From Candidatus Omnitrophota bacterium (GTDB lineage: Bacteria > Omnitrophota > Gorgyraeia > 2-01-FULL-45-10): DNA of 36,399 bases. A program made the translations under genes and the position numbers. A model generated the notes under the pieces. The model was not told the origin of the DNA, made no database searches, and worked only from the letters and a program-made list of their open reading frames with translations. Location: the NCBI GenBank assembly GCA_026387115.1, contig JAPLMI010000128.1:1-36399 (forward strand), in the 5' to 3' direction. The stretch's first letter is position 1. Each line of letters starts with the position of its first letter. This document shows positions 19,802 to 28,414 of this stretch, piece after piece.

Positions 19802-20547
19802 AGATATCCGTTATTACAGTGGTGTATAATAATGCGGCGCACATCGGAGACTGCATCAAAAGCGTCATCTCGCAGTCTTATGGGGATATTGAGTATATAG
19901 TAATAAATGACGGCTCGACGGACGAAACGCCGGATATCATCGGTAGATACAAAACCAACATCACGAAAATAATATCCCAGGAAAACAGGGGCTACGTATA
20001 CGCGATGAATGAAGGGCTGAAGTCAGCTACCGGCGAAATAATAGGGTTCCTGCACTCGGACGATTTTTATTCTCACAATGACGTAATCGGGAAAATGGCC
20101 GGCCTATTCGGGAAATATAACAGCGACAGCGTCTACGGAGATTTGGTGTATGTAAAAAGAAACGAACCGACGAAGGCTGTCAGGTATTGGAAGAGCGGCG
20201 AATATGCCGCCGGGAAGATAAGGCGCGGGTGGATGGCGCCTCATCCGGCTTTTTTTGTGAAAAAATGGGTTTATGATAAATACGGATATTACGACACGAG
20301 TTTCAGCATAGCGGCTGATTATGAGATGATGCTCAGGTTTTTATTGAAGCATAGAATATCCGCTTATTATCTATCGGAGGTGCTTGTAAAGATGCGGATT
20401 GGCGGCATGAGCAATAAGAGCGTAAAGAATATTATCAGGAAAAGCGCCGAAGATTATAAGGCCTGCCGTATGCACGGATTGGGATTCCGGACGGTTGTAA
20501 TGAAAAATTTAATAAAGCTGCCCCAGCTCTTTTCCGCTATAATATGA
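19798..20547 (+). CDS. Family-2 glycosyltransferase
   Basis: It reads ISVITVVYNNAAHIGDCIKSVISQ...YIVINDGSTDET and FLHSDD. Confidence 0.85.
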   Translation: MKISVITVVYNNAAHIGDCIKSVISQSYGDIEYIVINDGSTDETPDIIGRYKTNITKIISQENRGYVYAMNEGLKSATGEIIGFLHSDDFYSHNDVIGKMAGLFGKYNSDSVYGDLVYVKRNEPTKAVRYWKSGEYAAGKIRRGWMAPHPAFFVKKWVYDKYGYYDTSFSIAADYEMMLRFLLKHRISAYYLSEVLVKMRIGGMSNKSVKNIIRKSAEDYKACRMHGLGFRTVVMKNLIKLPQLFSAII

Positions 20548-21470
20548 TACCCATGAACCCGATAATGGTTTTCAACGCGGCATTTATATTGGTTTTAATC
20601 CTGACGCCTCTCGTTATAGCATATTCTTATCGCAAAAACTTTCTCGACTATCCCAAAGAAAATTCCATCCACACAAAACCCGTTCCGATGACGGGCGGAC
20701 TGGTGATCTTTTCTGTTTTTTTCGTCCTCAGTCTCGTATCCGAGGCGGTTTCCAATTTAATACCGCTATTCCTCGCTTCCATTCTTCTGGTATTAAGCGG
20801 CTTACATGACGACCGAAAAGGACTGAATGCCGTTCAAAAAATATTGATACAGACCATAGCGGGCGCCATCCTGATAGCGTTCGGTATCGCCATAACAAGG
20901 GTGAGCATTCCTTTTGGGCCAAGCCTGGAAATCAGCCGCCTTTCCGCGCCGGTAACGATACTATGGCTCATCTTCATAATTAATCTCGTGAATTTATTGG
21001 ACGGCCTTGACGGCCTTGCGGCAGGCCTCTGCTCTATCGTGTTGATCGTGGTGTTCTTCATAACCTACCCGTCCGTATTCAGCATTCAGCTTGCCGCGCT
21101 CATAGGATCGCTGGCGGCATTTCTCATATTCAATTTTCACCCGGCTAAGATATTCCTGGGCAACAGCGGCAGCTCTTTTTTGGGGCTCGCCATAGGCTAT
21201 TTTTCCATGGTGACGTCGCAAAAGAGCACGGTCATCCCCATATTAATCGTCCCCCTGTGCATTTTGATAGTCCAGGTTCTCGATGTGGCGTACGCGGTAT
21301 TCAGAAGGGCCAGGAACGGATTTACGATATTTAAGGGGGACAGAGGACACATTCACCATTTGGTGCTTAACTCGTTAAAGAACCATAGAGTTGCCGTGCT
21401 TTCATTCTATCTCATCGCTCTTTTACTGGCGGCATTTGTATTAAAGATTTTCCCAAAATATAATCCCTAG
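20544..21470 (+). CDS. WecA/MraY-family polyprenyl-phosphate sugar-1-phosphate transferase (priming enzyme)
   Basis: It is a polytopic membrane protein with family motifs: HDDRKGL, NLVNLLDGLDGLAAG, FNFHPAKIFLGNSGS and GDRGHIHH. Confidence 0.85.
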   Translation: MIPMNPIMVFNAAFILVLILTPLVIAYSYRKNFLDYPKENSIHTKPVPMTGGLVIFSVFFVLSLVSEAVSNLIPLFLASILLVLSGLHDDRKGLNAVQKILIQTIAGAILIAFGIAITRVSIPFGPSLEISRLSAPVTILWLIFIINLVNLLDGLDGLAAGLCSIVLIVVFFITYPSVFSIQLAALIGSLAAFLIFNFHPAKIFLGNSGSSFLGLAIGYFSMVTSQKSTVIPILIVPLCILIVQVLDVAYAVFRRARNGFTIFKGDRGHIHHLVLNSLKNHRVAVLSFYLIALLLAAFVLKIFPKYNP

Positions 21471-21474
21471 CCTC

Positions 21475-21503
21475 TTGACAATAACAGTTAATAATAGTAT
21501 ATT
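21475..21503 (+). promoter_or_regulatory. Sigma70-type promoter for the export module
   Basis: TTGACA (21475-21480), a 17-nt spacer and TATATT (21498-21503) lie in the 64-nt gap after the priming transferase. A GAAGGAG RBS follows at 21524-21530. Confidence 0.5.
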
Positions 21504-21534
21504 TACCATAGGATAGGCTGAGAGAAGGAGTATT

Positions 21535-23202
21535 GTGCGCATAACACATTTATTTATATTTTTGATAGTGTTTTTTATAGCCCTCCCGTCTTATTGCAAT
21601 ACGAACTTCTCCCCCAAAAATGTTAAAGGCAAAAAAGCAATTACATCCCAAACCACCGCCACAGTAAAAGAGGCAGAGACGCAATCCGATAAAAAAACCT
21701 ACGGCCAGGATGAAGGGATCGTCTCAACCTCTAATACCCAACCCAGCAAGGCGCTTCCGGACGAGAAGACCGGAAGCATACAAGTTCCCAGGATGGGCGG
21801 CACGGTGTATGGCACGGCGCAGGAGAAGACGGTGAGGGTAAAACTCGGAGGCAATACGAACTTCTCCCCCAAAAATGTTAAAGGCAAAAAAGTAATTACA
21901 TCCCAAACCACCGCCACAGTAAAAGAGGCCCAAAAAACCGCCGCAGAGAAACCGGAAGCAAAAAAAGACCAAGAAGCGCAATCCGATAAAGAAACCTACG
22001 GCCAGGATGAAGGGATCGTCTCAACCCCCACGTATTACAGCGAGCCCAGCAAGGCGCTTCTGGACGAGAAAACCAGATACATACAGGCTCCCGGGGAGGG
22101 CGGCGCAGGGCATGGCATGGCGCAGGAAAAGATGGTGAGGATAAAACTCGAAGGCAATATAAATTACGACGATAACATCTATCTAACTAAGGACGATACA
22201 AGGTATGATATCGTTTCGACCATTTCACCCGGCGTTTATGGCTATATCGGGAATGACCAATACACAGCCATGGGTTTCTATGAAGCCGATGTGTTGATAT
22301 ATGGCAGATACACAAAAGAAGACCGTATCAATCAAACCGTAGGCGGCAGGGTGGATTTGTTCAAACAGGGACGGATAAATGTCAGCCTGCAAGACGCGCT
22401 CCGGCCGACAACGGACCCGGCGACAAACGAAGTAGCGCCCTTCGTGAAAAGGGTAGGCAATGATTTTTCGGCCAACGTCAGATATGATATGAGCCCAAAG
22501 ACTTCCCTGGCGGTCAATTATAGCCAGTACCTCCAGTATTACGTCACAGACGATTATAAACAATACAGCTACCTGCAGCACACCATTTCTCCGGTATTTT
22601 ACTACCATCTTTCATCAAAATTGTCGCTTACCGGCGAATACAATCTGGGCATGACAAATTATATGGGTGGGGCTAATTACAATTCCCTCTTCAACCAGGC
22701 CCGCGTAGGTATTGAAGGCACCCTGACCCCGAAGTCAAGAGTATATCTGCGTGCAGGATATCAGCACAGGCAATATTACAATTCCGATACAAAAAATACC
22801 GATGGCGTTGTGCTTCAGCTCGGATACGATTATTCGATAAGCCCCAAAACCGCCTTAAGCCTGGTTGCTTCAAGCGACATCGCCGAATCAGTTTGGCAAT
22901 ATAATGCTTATTATGACTCATACAACTTTTACGCTTCCTTGACCCACCACCTATTCTATAACCTTGATGTGATGATCAACGGTGTATATTTACTGAGCAG
23001 CTATCCGCGCGAGGTGAACTCGGTGGATGGAATGAGGAAGAGAATGGACAATTTGTACGGAGCGGGAGCGAGGATTTCCTATCATCTGAGGACATGGCTT
23101 TCGGCCTATGCAGGGTATGATTTTAAATGCAGAAACTCTAATATAAGGGACCTTGAATATACGGATGATATAGTCTCCGGAGGCCTTAAACTGAGTTTTT
23201 AA
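21535..23202 (+). CDS. Outer-membrane beta-barrel protein of the polysaccharide export module, with duplicated low-complexity N-terminal region
   Basis: The GTG start lies 4 nt after GAAGGAG, and a hydrophobic signal peptide is present. The C-terminal ~360 aa are rich in Y/N/S/G/T with an alternating strand pattern and end in GGLKLSF, the C-terminal Phe typical of OMPs. Confidence 0.65.
   Translation: MRITHLFIFLIVFFIALPSYCNTNFSPKNVKGKKAITSQTTATVKEAETQSDKKTYGQDEGIVSTSNTQPSKALPDEKTGSIQVPRMGGTVYGTAQEKTVRVKLGGNTNFSPKNVKGKKVITSQTTATVKEAQKTAAEKPEAKKDQEAQSDKETYGQDEGIVSTPTYYSEPSKALLDEKTRYIQAPGEGGAGHGMAQEKMVRIKLEGNINYDDNIYLTKDDTRYDIVSTISPGVYGYIGNDQYTAMGFYEADVLIYGRYTKEDRINQTVGGRVDLFKQGRINVSLQDALRPTTDPATNEVAPFVKRVGNDFSANVRYDMSPKTSLAVNYSQYLQYYVTDDYKQYSYLQHTISPVFYYHLSSKLSLTGEYNLGMTNYMGGANYNSLFNQARVGIEGTLTPKSRVYLRAGYQHRQYYNSDTKNTDGVVLQLGYDYSISPKTALSLVASSDIAESVWQYNAYYDSYNFYASLTHHLFYNLDVMINGVYLLSSYPREVNSVDGMRKRMDNLYGAGARISYHLRTWLSAYAGYDFKCRNSNIRDLEYTDDIVSGGLKLSF
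21598..22155 (+). repeat. In-frame tandem duplication (copy 1 21598-21852, 255 bp; copy 2 21853-22155, 303 bp)
   Basis: The first 77 nt of the two copies differ at 1 position. A further 48-nt block (caatccgataaa.aaacctacggccaggatgaagggatcgtctcaacc) also differs at 1 position. The distal third is clearly more diverged, and copy 2 is 48 nt longer (mainly the QKTAAEKPEAKKDQEA insert). Confidence 0.9.
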
Positions 23203-23242
23203 TAAAATCTCCCCCATTGATAACCTCCTTTAAAATTGGGTT

Positions 23243-23833
23243 ATGAAAAAAAGTATAAAAATATTATTAATTGGCAGCTTTTTTTTTCTACTAACATGCC
23301 CGGCGTTTTCAGCAAAAGATGAAGCCGGGAGCGAATACTATAAAATTGCCGCGGGGGATAATCTCGAAATAGTGGTTTATGAAGAGGAAGATTTGAGCGG
23401 CCAGTTCGAAGTCAAGGAAGACGGAACGATAACCTTTCCGCTCGTCGGGCCTGTCCATGTCGTCGGCCTCGCCAAAAAAGAGGCGGAAGATAAGTTGCGC
23501 GCTTTACTGAAAGACGGATATCTTGTAGACCCGTATGTGCGTATAATCGTAGGCAAATTCGGCACCAGGAACATTCTGATAGTCGGCCACGTGGGTAGGC
23601 CCGGTTCCTATCCTCTGCCGGAAGACGGAAATCCCACTATCTTAAAAGCGATAGTCGAATCCGGCGGGTTTACGCAGATGGCGGATCCGAACGGGACAAG
23701 GATCATAAGAACAGCGCCGGGCGGCAAGAAAGTCACCATAAATCCGCGCATCGGCGATATTATGAGCGGCCGCAGGCAGGATATCAGCCTGGAACCCGGC
23801 GATCTTATCGTAGTGCCAGAAAGGCTTTTCTGA
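23243..23833 (+). CDS. Short Wza-like outer-membrane polysaccharide export (OPX) protein
   Basis: It has a signal peptide, a Poly_export-type N-terminal segment (YKIAAGDNLEIVVYEEEDLSG...DGTITFPLVGPVHVVGL) and an SLBB-like segment (ILIVGHVGRPGSYPL). At only 196 aa it has no C-terminal amphipathic OM-spanning helix. Confidence 0.8.
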   Translation: MKKSIKILLIGSFFFLLTCPAFSAKDEAGSEYYKIAAGDNLEIVVYEEEDLSGQFEVKEDGTITFPLVGPVHVVGLAKKEAEDKLRALLKDGYLVDPYVRIIVGKFGTRNILIVGHVGRPGSYPLPEDGNPTILKAIVESGGFTQMADPNGTRIIRTAPGGKKVTINPRIGDIMSGRRQDISLEPGDLIVVPERLF

Positions 23834-25638
23834 TGCCTACCGCGATTAACCGGGATTATTTATTAAAAGAAGACCCTGTAGACCTTAAAAAATACCTTAA
23901 TACCATTTATAGGAAAAGATGGGCCCTCTTCTCCGTTATGGCCGTGGTAATGGTCGTAGTGATCGTCAAAACATTCACGGAAATCCCGAAGTACCGAGCC
24001 AAGGTCTCCATGATGGTAGATGTGCCGACGGGGCCTCTTGCCCCGACCATTACACGGGAAGGCATAAAATCCGTAATAAACTCCGGCGACTATATTACGA
24101 CACAACAGAGCATATTCAAGAGCACGATGCTGGCGCGGCGCGTCAAGAGCGCGCTAAACCTGCCCGTTATGGAAGATGCGTTAATACAGGCTGTAAATGT
24201 GGATGTGGTGAAGAATAGCAGGCTTTTAAATCTGACGATCGATTATCCGGATCCCGCCATGGCCGCGAAGATCGCCAACGCGTACGCCGACGCGTATATA
24301 GAAGAGAATGTGGAAAGCATGCTATTCATGTCGAAGGAGGTATTGAAGGTTTTGCCCGGGGAAGACCGCAAGAATATAGAAAAAAGCACTATTTACGGCC
24401 AGCTTAAAGAACTGAATAAAGAAGACGCCATAGATTCTCTCCCGACAATTTTCTCCAATCCGGTTATCCAGCGCCTTAAGTCGGAAAAACTCGGCTATGA
24501 AACGGAACTCGCTAATTTAAGCAAAAGGTATAAAGAAAAACATCCGAAAGTCATCGCTATCAAGACCAAGCTTGAGTTTGCCGAGGAAGCCATCAGGACG
24601 GAAAAAGTGAAGACCTTGAACATGATAAAGGCCGACCTTGCCGGAAGGCTTCAGATTAACAATGTAAGGGTCATCGATCACGCTGAAGCGCCCAAAGCTC
24701 CAATATCTCCCAACAAGCCGAGGGATATCATGTCCGGGCTGATACTGTCGGTTCTTATCGGGCTGGGAGTCATATTCTTTATGGAGTCTTTGGATGATTC
24801 GGTAAAGAATAAAAGAGATGTGGAGCAGGGGCTCAACCTGCCGTACCTCGGTAGCTTCCCCTTCTTAAAAAACAACCTGAATAAGGACCTCGAGAACGGC
24901 AGATTCGACGACGTAGATAAAAATCCGGAAGCGGCGGAAGCGATCAGGGGCATAAGGACCAACATAATATTTTCCGCGCCTAAAGAAGATCTGAAGACGG
25001 TCCTTATCACGAGCACCATACCCCAGGAAGGGAAGAGCTTGCTCGCGAGCTACCTCGCGTATTCGTTCGCGAAGAACGGCGTAAAAACCCTTTTGATAGA
25101 CGGCGACACGAGAAAGCCCACGATAAATAAGCATTTCGGGATCGAGCGCTCGCCCGGCCTTACAAATTTGCTGGTTGAGGAGATCCGCGCCGCCGATGTC
25201 ATCAGGCCGACGAAATACCCGAACCTGTATGTGATGCCGTGCGGCGCCAAGACGCCCAATCCCCTGGAATTATTGGGTTCTGAGAAACTCAGCGTTTTAA
25301 TAAAAGGGCTTTCGGAAGAGTTCGGGAAGATAATAATCGACGCGCCCCCAAGCCTTGCCCTTTCCGACGCGCTGGTGCTGTCGAAAATATCGAACGGCGT
25401 TATTTTTGTCGCGAAGTCTGGTTTTATCAGCAGGGATGTTTTGAAGAAAGTGAAAGAAAGGTTTATCGTTACCAGTTCCAGGGTACTGGGAGTGGTAACG
25501 AACTTTTTCAGTATGAGCGAGCACTCATATTACAAGGATAAATATTACCACAAGTATTATAAGAACTATTACCACCCGGAGAAGAAAAAGAATCTAAAGA
25601 ACCGGTTGGCGCTATCCAAAATCCCTTTAGTTGAATAA
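23833..25638 (+). CDS. Wzc/GumC-like polysaccharide co-polymerase with BY-kinase domain
   Basis: Two TM segments (aa ~30-50 and ~300-320) flank a Wzz-type periplasmic domain. The C-terminal P-loop has Walker A (TIPQEGKS), A' (LLIDGDTRKP) and B (IIIDAPP), followed by a Tyr-cluster tail (YYKDKYYHKYYKNYYH). The start overlaps the upstream stop (TGATG). Confidence 0.85.
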   Translation: MPTAINRDYLLKEDPVDLKKYLNTIYRKRWALFSVMAVVMVVVIVKTFTEIPKYRAKVSMMVDVPTGPLAPTITREGIKSVINSGDYITTQQSIFKSTMLARRVKSALNLPVMEDALIQAVNVDVVKNSRLLNLTIDYPDPAMAAKIANAYADAYIEENVESMLFMSKEVLKVLPGEDRKNIEKSTIYGQLKELNKEDAIDSLPTIFSNPVIQRLKSEKLGYETELANLSKRYKEKHPKVIAIKTKLEFAEEAIRTEKVKTLNMIKADLAGRLQINNVRVIDHAEAPKAPISPNKPRDIMSGLILSVLIGLGVIFFMESLDDSVKNKRDVEQGLNLPYLGSFPFLKNNLNKDLENGRFDDVDKNPEAAEAIRGIRTNIIFSAPKEDLKTVLITSTIPQEGKSLLASYLAYSFAKNGVKTLLIDGDTRKPTINKHFGIERSPGLTNLLVEEIRAADVIRPTKYPNLYVMPCGAKTPNPLELLGSEKLSVLIKGLSEEFGKIIIDAPPSLALSDALVLSKISNGVIFVAKSGFISRDVLKKVKERFIVTSSRVLGVVTNFFSMSEHSYYKDKYYHKYYKNYYHPEKKKNLKNRLALSKIPLVE

Positions 25639-27538
25639 ACTGATATCCATACTCCTCGCCTTCATCATCTTCTTCGCGCCGTTCGCGATCGGCACCGTAG
25701 CGGCGTGGTCTGAATTCGTCCTCAGAATTTCCATCCTGGCGATTTTTTTCCTGTTTGTAATAAAATCGGTAAAAGGCGGTGTTTTAGAGTACAAAACAGG
25801 CGCTCTGAATGTATTTTTTACCGTCTTTATCCTATACATGGCATTTCAGGTGTTATTTAAGACGAGCATCCTGCCGCGTTACACTACGAACGCCCTGGAG
25901 ATCACGGTCATATATTTTATGCTCTATTTTGTTGTGGCGGGCATGGTGAAAAAAGAGGAAGATGTCCACAACATAATCTCCCGGATAACCATAACGGGTT
26001 TTCTTGTATCGGCGCTCGGAATAGTTCAATTTCTCACGAAAACCGATAAAATATACTGGATACGGCCTGTTCGCAGCGGTTCTTTTTTCGGCCCATTTGT
26101 CAACGAAAACCACTTTGCCTGTTACATATCCATGGCGGCCTTAGTTACGTTAGGCGGTATTGTGTCGAGCGTGCGCAAGTGGAAGCGAATACCGCCCGAC
26201 ATGCCGTTCAAATATATGGTCCTGAATGTGTTTGAAAATATCCTGAACGAAAAGACGCTATTCAAGATATTAGCGTTCGCTGTTATGGCCGCCTCGCTAT
26301 TCTTATCCAAATCCAGAAGCGGCATGGTATTCTTCCTTGCCTCCATGGCGTTTTTTATCCTGTTTGCCGCTTCCGGAAAAAATACAAAAAAGATCGTCTG
26401 GATCGCGCTTCTGGGAATCCTCGCCTCTATTCTATTACTGGACAGGATAGGGGTTGATACAGCGGTTTCAAGACTCGGGTCTGTATTTAAATCCGGCGAA
26501 TACGAGGGAAGGTTAACCTTGTATATGCAGGGCCTGAAGATATTGACGGATTATCCTTTATTCGGGACGGGCATCGGAACATTCGCCAATATTTTTCCGA
26601 TCTATCAGTTTGGATCGGAACTCCTGTATTATATGCATCTTCACAACGATATATTGCAGCTTCTCATAGAAGCCGGGGTGATAGGGTTTATAATAATATC
26701 GATGCCGTTCCTGGCCTTTATTATGAAATTTATTTCGAGGCTTGCCGGGGCATCCGATACTTATAAATATTGTGTCGGCTTAAGCATTCTCGCCTCATTA
26801 TTCTATTTGAGCCTCCATAGCCTGACGGATTTCAGCATGCGGCTGAATGCCATATCGTCCTTATTTGTGATTTTGACGGCCGTTTCAACGCCGCTTTTGG
26901 ATCCGGGAGGGAAAAGAGAGCTTCATATAAAAGGTAAAATCGCAAAACCCCTACTTTACACAGCCTTGACCGTTGTTTTTATCTCTTTTCTCTTTTTGGC
27001 GTCAAGGCCTTTTATTATTACACTGCTCTGTGAAAAAGGGCAAAGCGACTTGTCTTTTAGGCTTGCGATGAGGCTGGACCCTAAGAACGACGCGGTATAT
27101 TTCGACTATTGCGGCTTCATTCTCGATAAGCTTGGCAGGAAAGAGATTAAGGAACAGGACGCGTATGAAACGGCGATAAAGGCGCTGGATAAAGCCATAC
27201 AGCTCAATCCTTACAAAACCAAATATTTAACTGCAAAGGGAGAAATATGTTCTCGGCGGCACGACTACGGAAGGGCCTTCGATCTTTTGAGAAAAGCGGC
27301 TTTAATGGAGCCTGATAATTCGAAGATAAATCTTATATACTCTTATATGATATTCTGGAAAGCCGTCAATGAGATAGATGCTTCGGAAAGGGAAAGGCTG
27401 TTAACTTTAGGCCTAGCGTATTACAAGCGCGCGACAGCCTTAAGTAAACACATCCATTTATACATGATAATAAACGATAAGGGGGATTACCAGCTTTTGA
27501 AGTCGATACTTAAAGATATCGGTATTGATATAGAATGA
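25631..27538 (+). CDS. O-antigen-ligase-family (Wzy_C-type) polytopic membrane protein with C-terminal TPR-like domain
   Basis: It has many TM helices and a Wzy_C-type loop motif (HLHNDILQLLIEAGVIGF). The C-terminal ~170 aa are helical-repeat/TPR-like (AIKALDKAIQLNPYKTKYLTAKGEI..., LLRKAALMEPDN). The TTG start overlaps the Wzc stop by 8 nt. Confidence 0.7.
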   Translation: MNKLISILLAFIIFFAPFAIGTVAAWSEFVLRISILAIFFLFVIKSVKGGVLEYKTGALNVFFTVFILYMAFQVLFKTSILPRYTTNALEITVIYFMLYFVVAGMVKKEEDVHNIISRITITGFLVSALGIVQFLTKTDKIYWIRPVRSGSFFGPFVNENHFACYISMAALVTLGGIVSSVRKWKRIPPDMPFKYMVLNVFENILNEKTLFKILAFAVMAASLFLSKSRSGMVFFLASMAFFILFAASGKNTKKIVWIALLGILASILLLDRIGVDTAVSRLGSVFKSGEYEGRLTLYMQGLKILTDYPLFGTGIGTFANIFPIYQFGSELLYYMHLHNDILQLLIEAGVIGFIIISMPFLAFIMKFISRLAGASDTYKYCVGLSILASLFYLSLHSLTDFSMRLNAISSLFVILTAVSTPLLDPGGKRELHIKGKIAKPLLYTALTVVFISFLFLASRPFIITLLCEKGQSDLSFRLAMRLDPKNDAVYFDYCGFILDKLGRKEIKEQDAYETAIKALDKAIQLNPYKTKYLTAKGEICSRRHDYGRAFDLLRKAALMEPDNSKINLIYSYMIFWKAVNEIDASERERLLTLGLAYYKRATALSKHIHLYMIINDKGDYQLLKSILKDIGIDIE

Positions 27539-28279
27539 CTAATTATACTGTGAGCCCTCGGGGGGGGCGGAATCATTCATTTGATCCGTATGCGTAATAT
27601 CGGTTGGAGGCTGTGTTAATCCCGCAATTTCGCAAAGTTTCTTAACGTCGACATCGTGCAAGGTGTATGTGCTCGTAACCAGTTTTGTTTTCCACCCCTC
27701 AAAAGTTAACGGCCCGACGGGATCGAGGCCAAGCTGTTCAACGACCTGGTCTATAACTTTATCCAGAGACGCTAGTCTTTCCTTGGCCGTTTGCCCCGGC
27801 AGATAAGACGCTAATACATCGTCCCTGGGAATCATGCCGTTATGCGTTTTCTGATACTCACTTTTAAGCTTTGCCGTCAACTCGTTCAGCACCCTATTGA
27901 TTCTACGCGTTTGAAGATTTTCTAAAACCCACCTCGTAAACTGGAACTTCCTGGGATCCGGCGCTTCCTGGTTGGCCATCATCCTTTCATACGCCGCGAC
28001 ATCCGCCCAGTTGACCGGCTTCTTTTCCATGACGCCTTTTAACGTTTCGACCGACTCGCCGGATACAAGCTCTATGGTTTGGCCGCCCGTTTTTACCACA
28101 ACCGTCCCGCTGAAACTGGAGACCTTTGTTATGACAGCCTTACCCTGAGCGTCTTTAATATCCTGCGCGAAGGTCTTGTCCTGTTCGGCAGATGCGCCCT
28201 GGGCCATGGCGGAAGAGAGGACGAGCGCGTTTGTTATTACGAGCATAACCATTAAATTTAATAAAAAGACTTTCTTCAT
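27539..28279 (-). CDS. Secreted/periplasmic protein, family not recognised
   Basis: It has a signal peptide (MKKVFLLNLMVMLVITNALVLSSAMA). ATG 28279 is preferred because an AAAGGAGA RBS precedes it and the predicted -10 lies just upstream of the alternative ATG at 28300. The stop codon directly abuts the stop of the convergent gene. Confidence 0.6.
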   Translation of the reverse strand: MKKVFLLNLMVMLVITNALVLSSAMAQGASAEQDKTFAQDIKDAQGKAVITKVSSFSGTVVVKTGGQTIELVSGESVETLKGVMEKKPVNWADVAAYERMMANQEAPDPRKFQFTRWVLENLQTRRINRVLNELTAKLKSEYQKTHNGMIPRDDVLASYLPGQTAKERLASLDKVIDQVVEQLGLDPVGPLTFEGWKTKLVTSTYTLHDVDVKKLCEIAGLTQPPTDITHTDQMNDSAPPEGSQYN

Positions 28280-28306
28280 ATCCCGTCTCCTTTTTATCAT
28301 GTAATA

Positions 28307-28335
28307 AATATACCCTGTTCATGCCGGTTTGTCAA
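28307..28335 (-). promoter_or_regulatory. Sigma70-type promoter (minus strand) for the secreted-protein gene
   Basis: On the minus strand: TTGACA (28335-28330), a 17-nt spacer and TATATT (28312-28307). Confidence 0.5.
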
Positions 28336-28361
28336 GTCCTTCGAAAAAAGCAAAAAAGCGC

Positions 28362-28390
28362 TTGACAAAAAATCGGGAATATGAGATAAT
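28362..28390 (+). promoter_or_regulatory. Sigma70-type promoter of the pyr operon
   Basis: TTGACA (28362-28367), a 17-nt spacer and GATAAT (28385-28390), located upstream of the PyrR-binding leader. Confidence 0.55.
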
Positions 28391-28414
28391 TACTGCAATA
28401 ATAAACTGATTCAA

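Noticed and set aside
23279-23287. T9 run in the signal-peptide region of the Wza-like gene as a phase-variation tract
   Set aside because: A/T homopolymers of similar length occur elsewhere in ordinary coding context (A8 at 3305-3312 and at 14836-14843). The tract is therefore not distinctive, unlike the G8 tract in the polymerase gene.
23243-23310. Possible lipobox (LLTC) making the Wza-like protein a lipoprotein
   Set aside because: Thr at -1 and Leu at -2 do not fit the usual [LVI][ASTVI][GAS]C pattern. A signal peptidase I site after AFSA is equally plausible, so no call is made.
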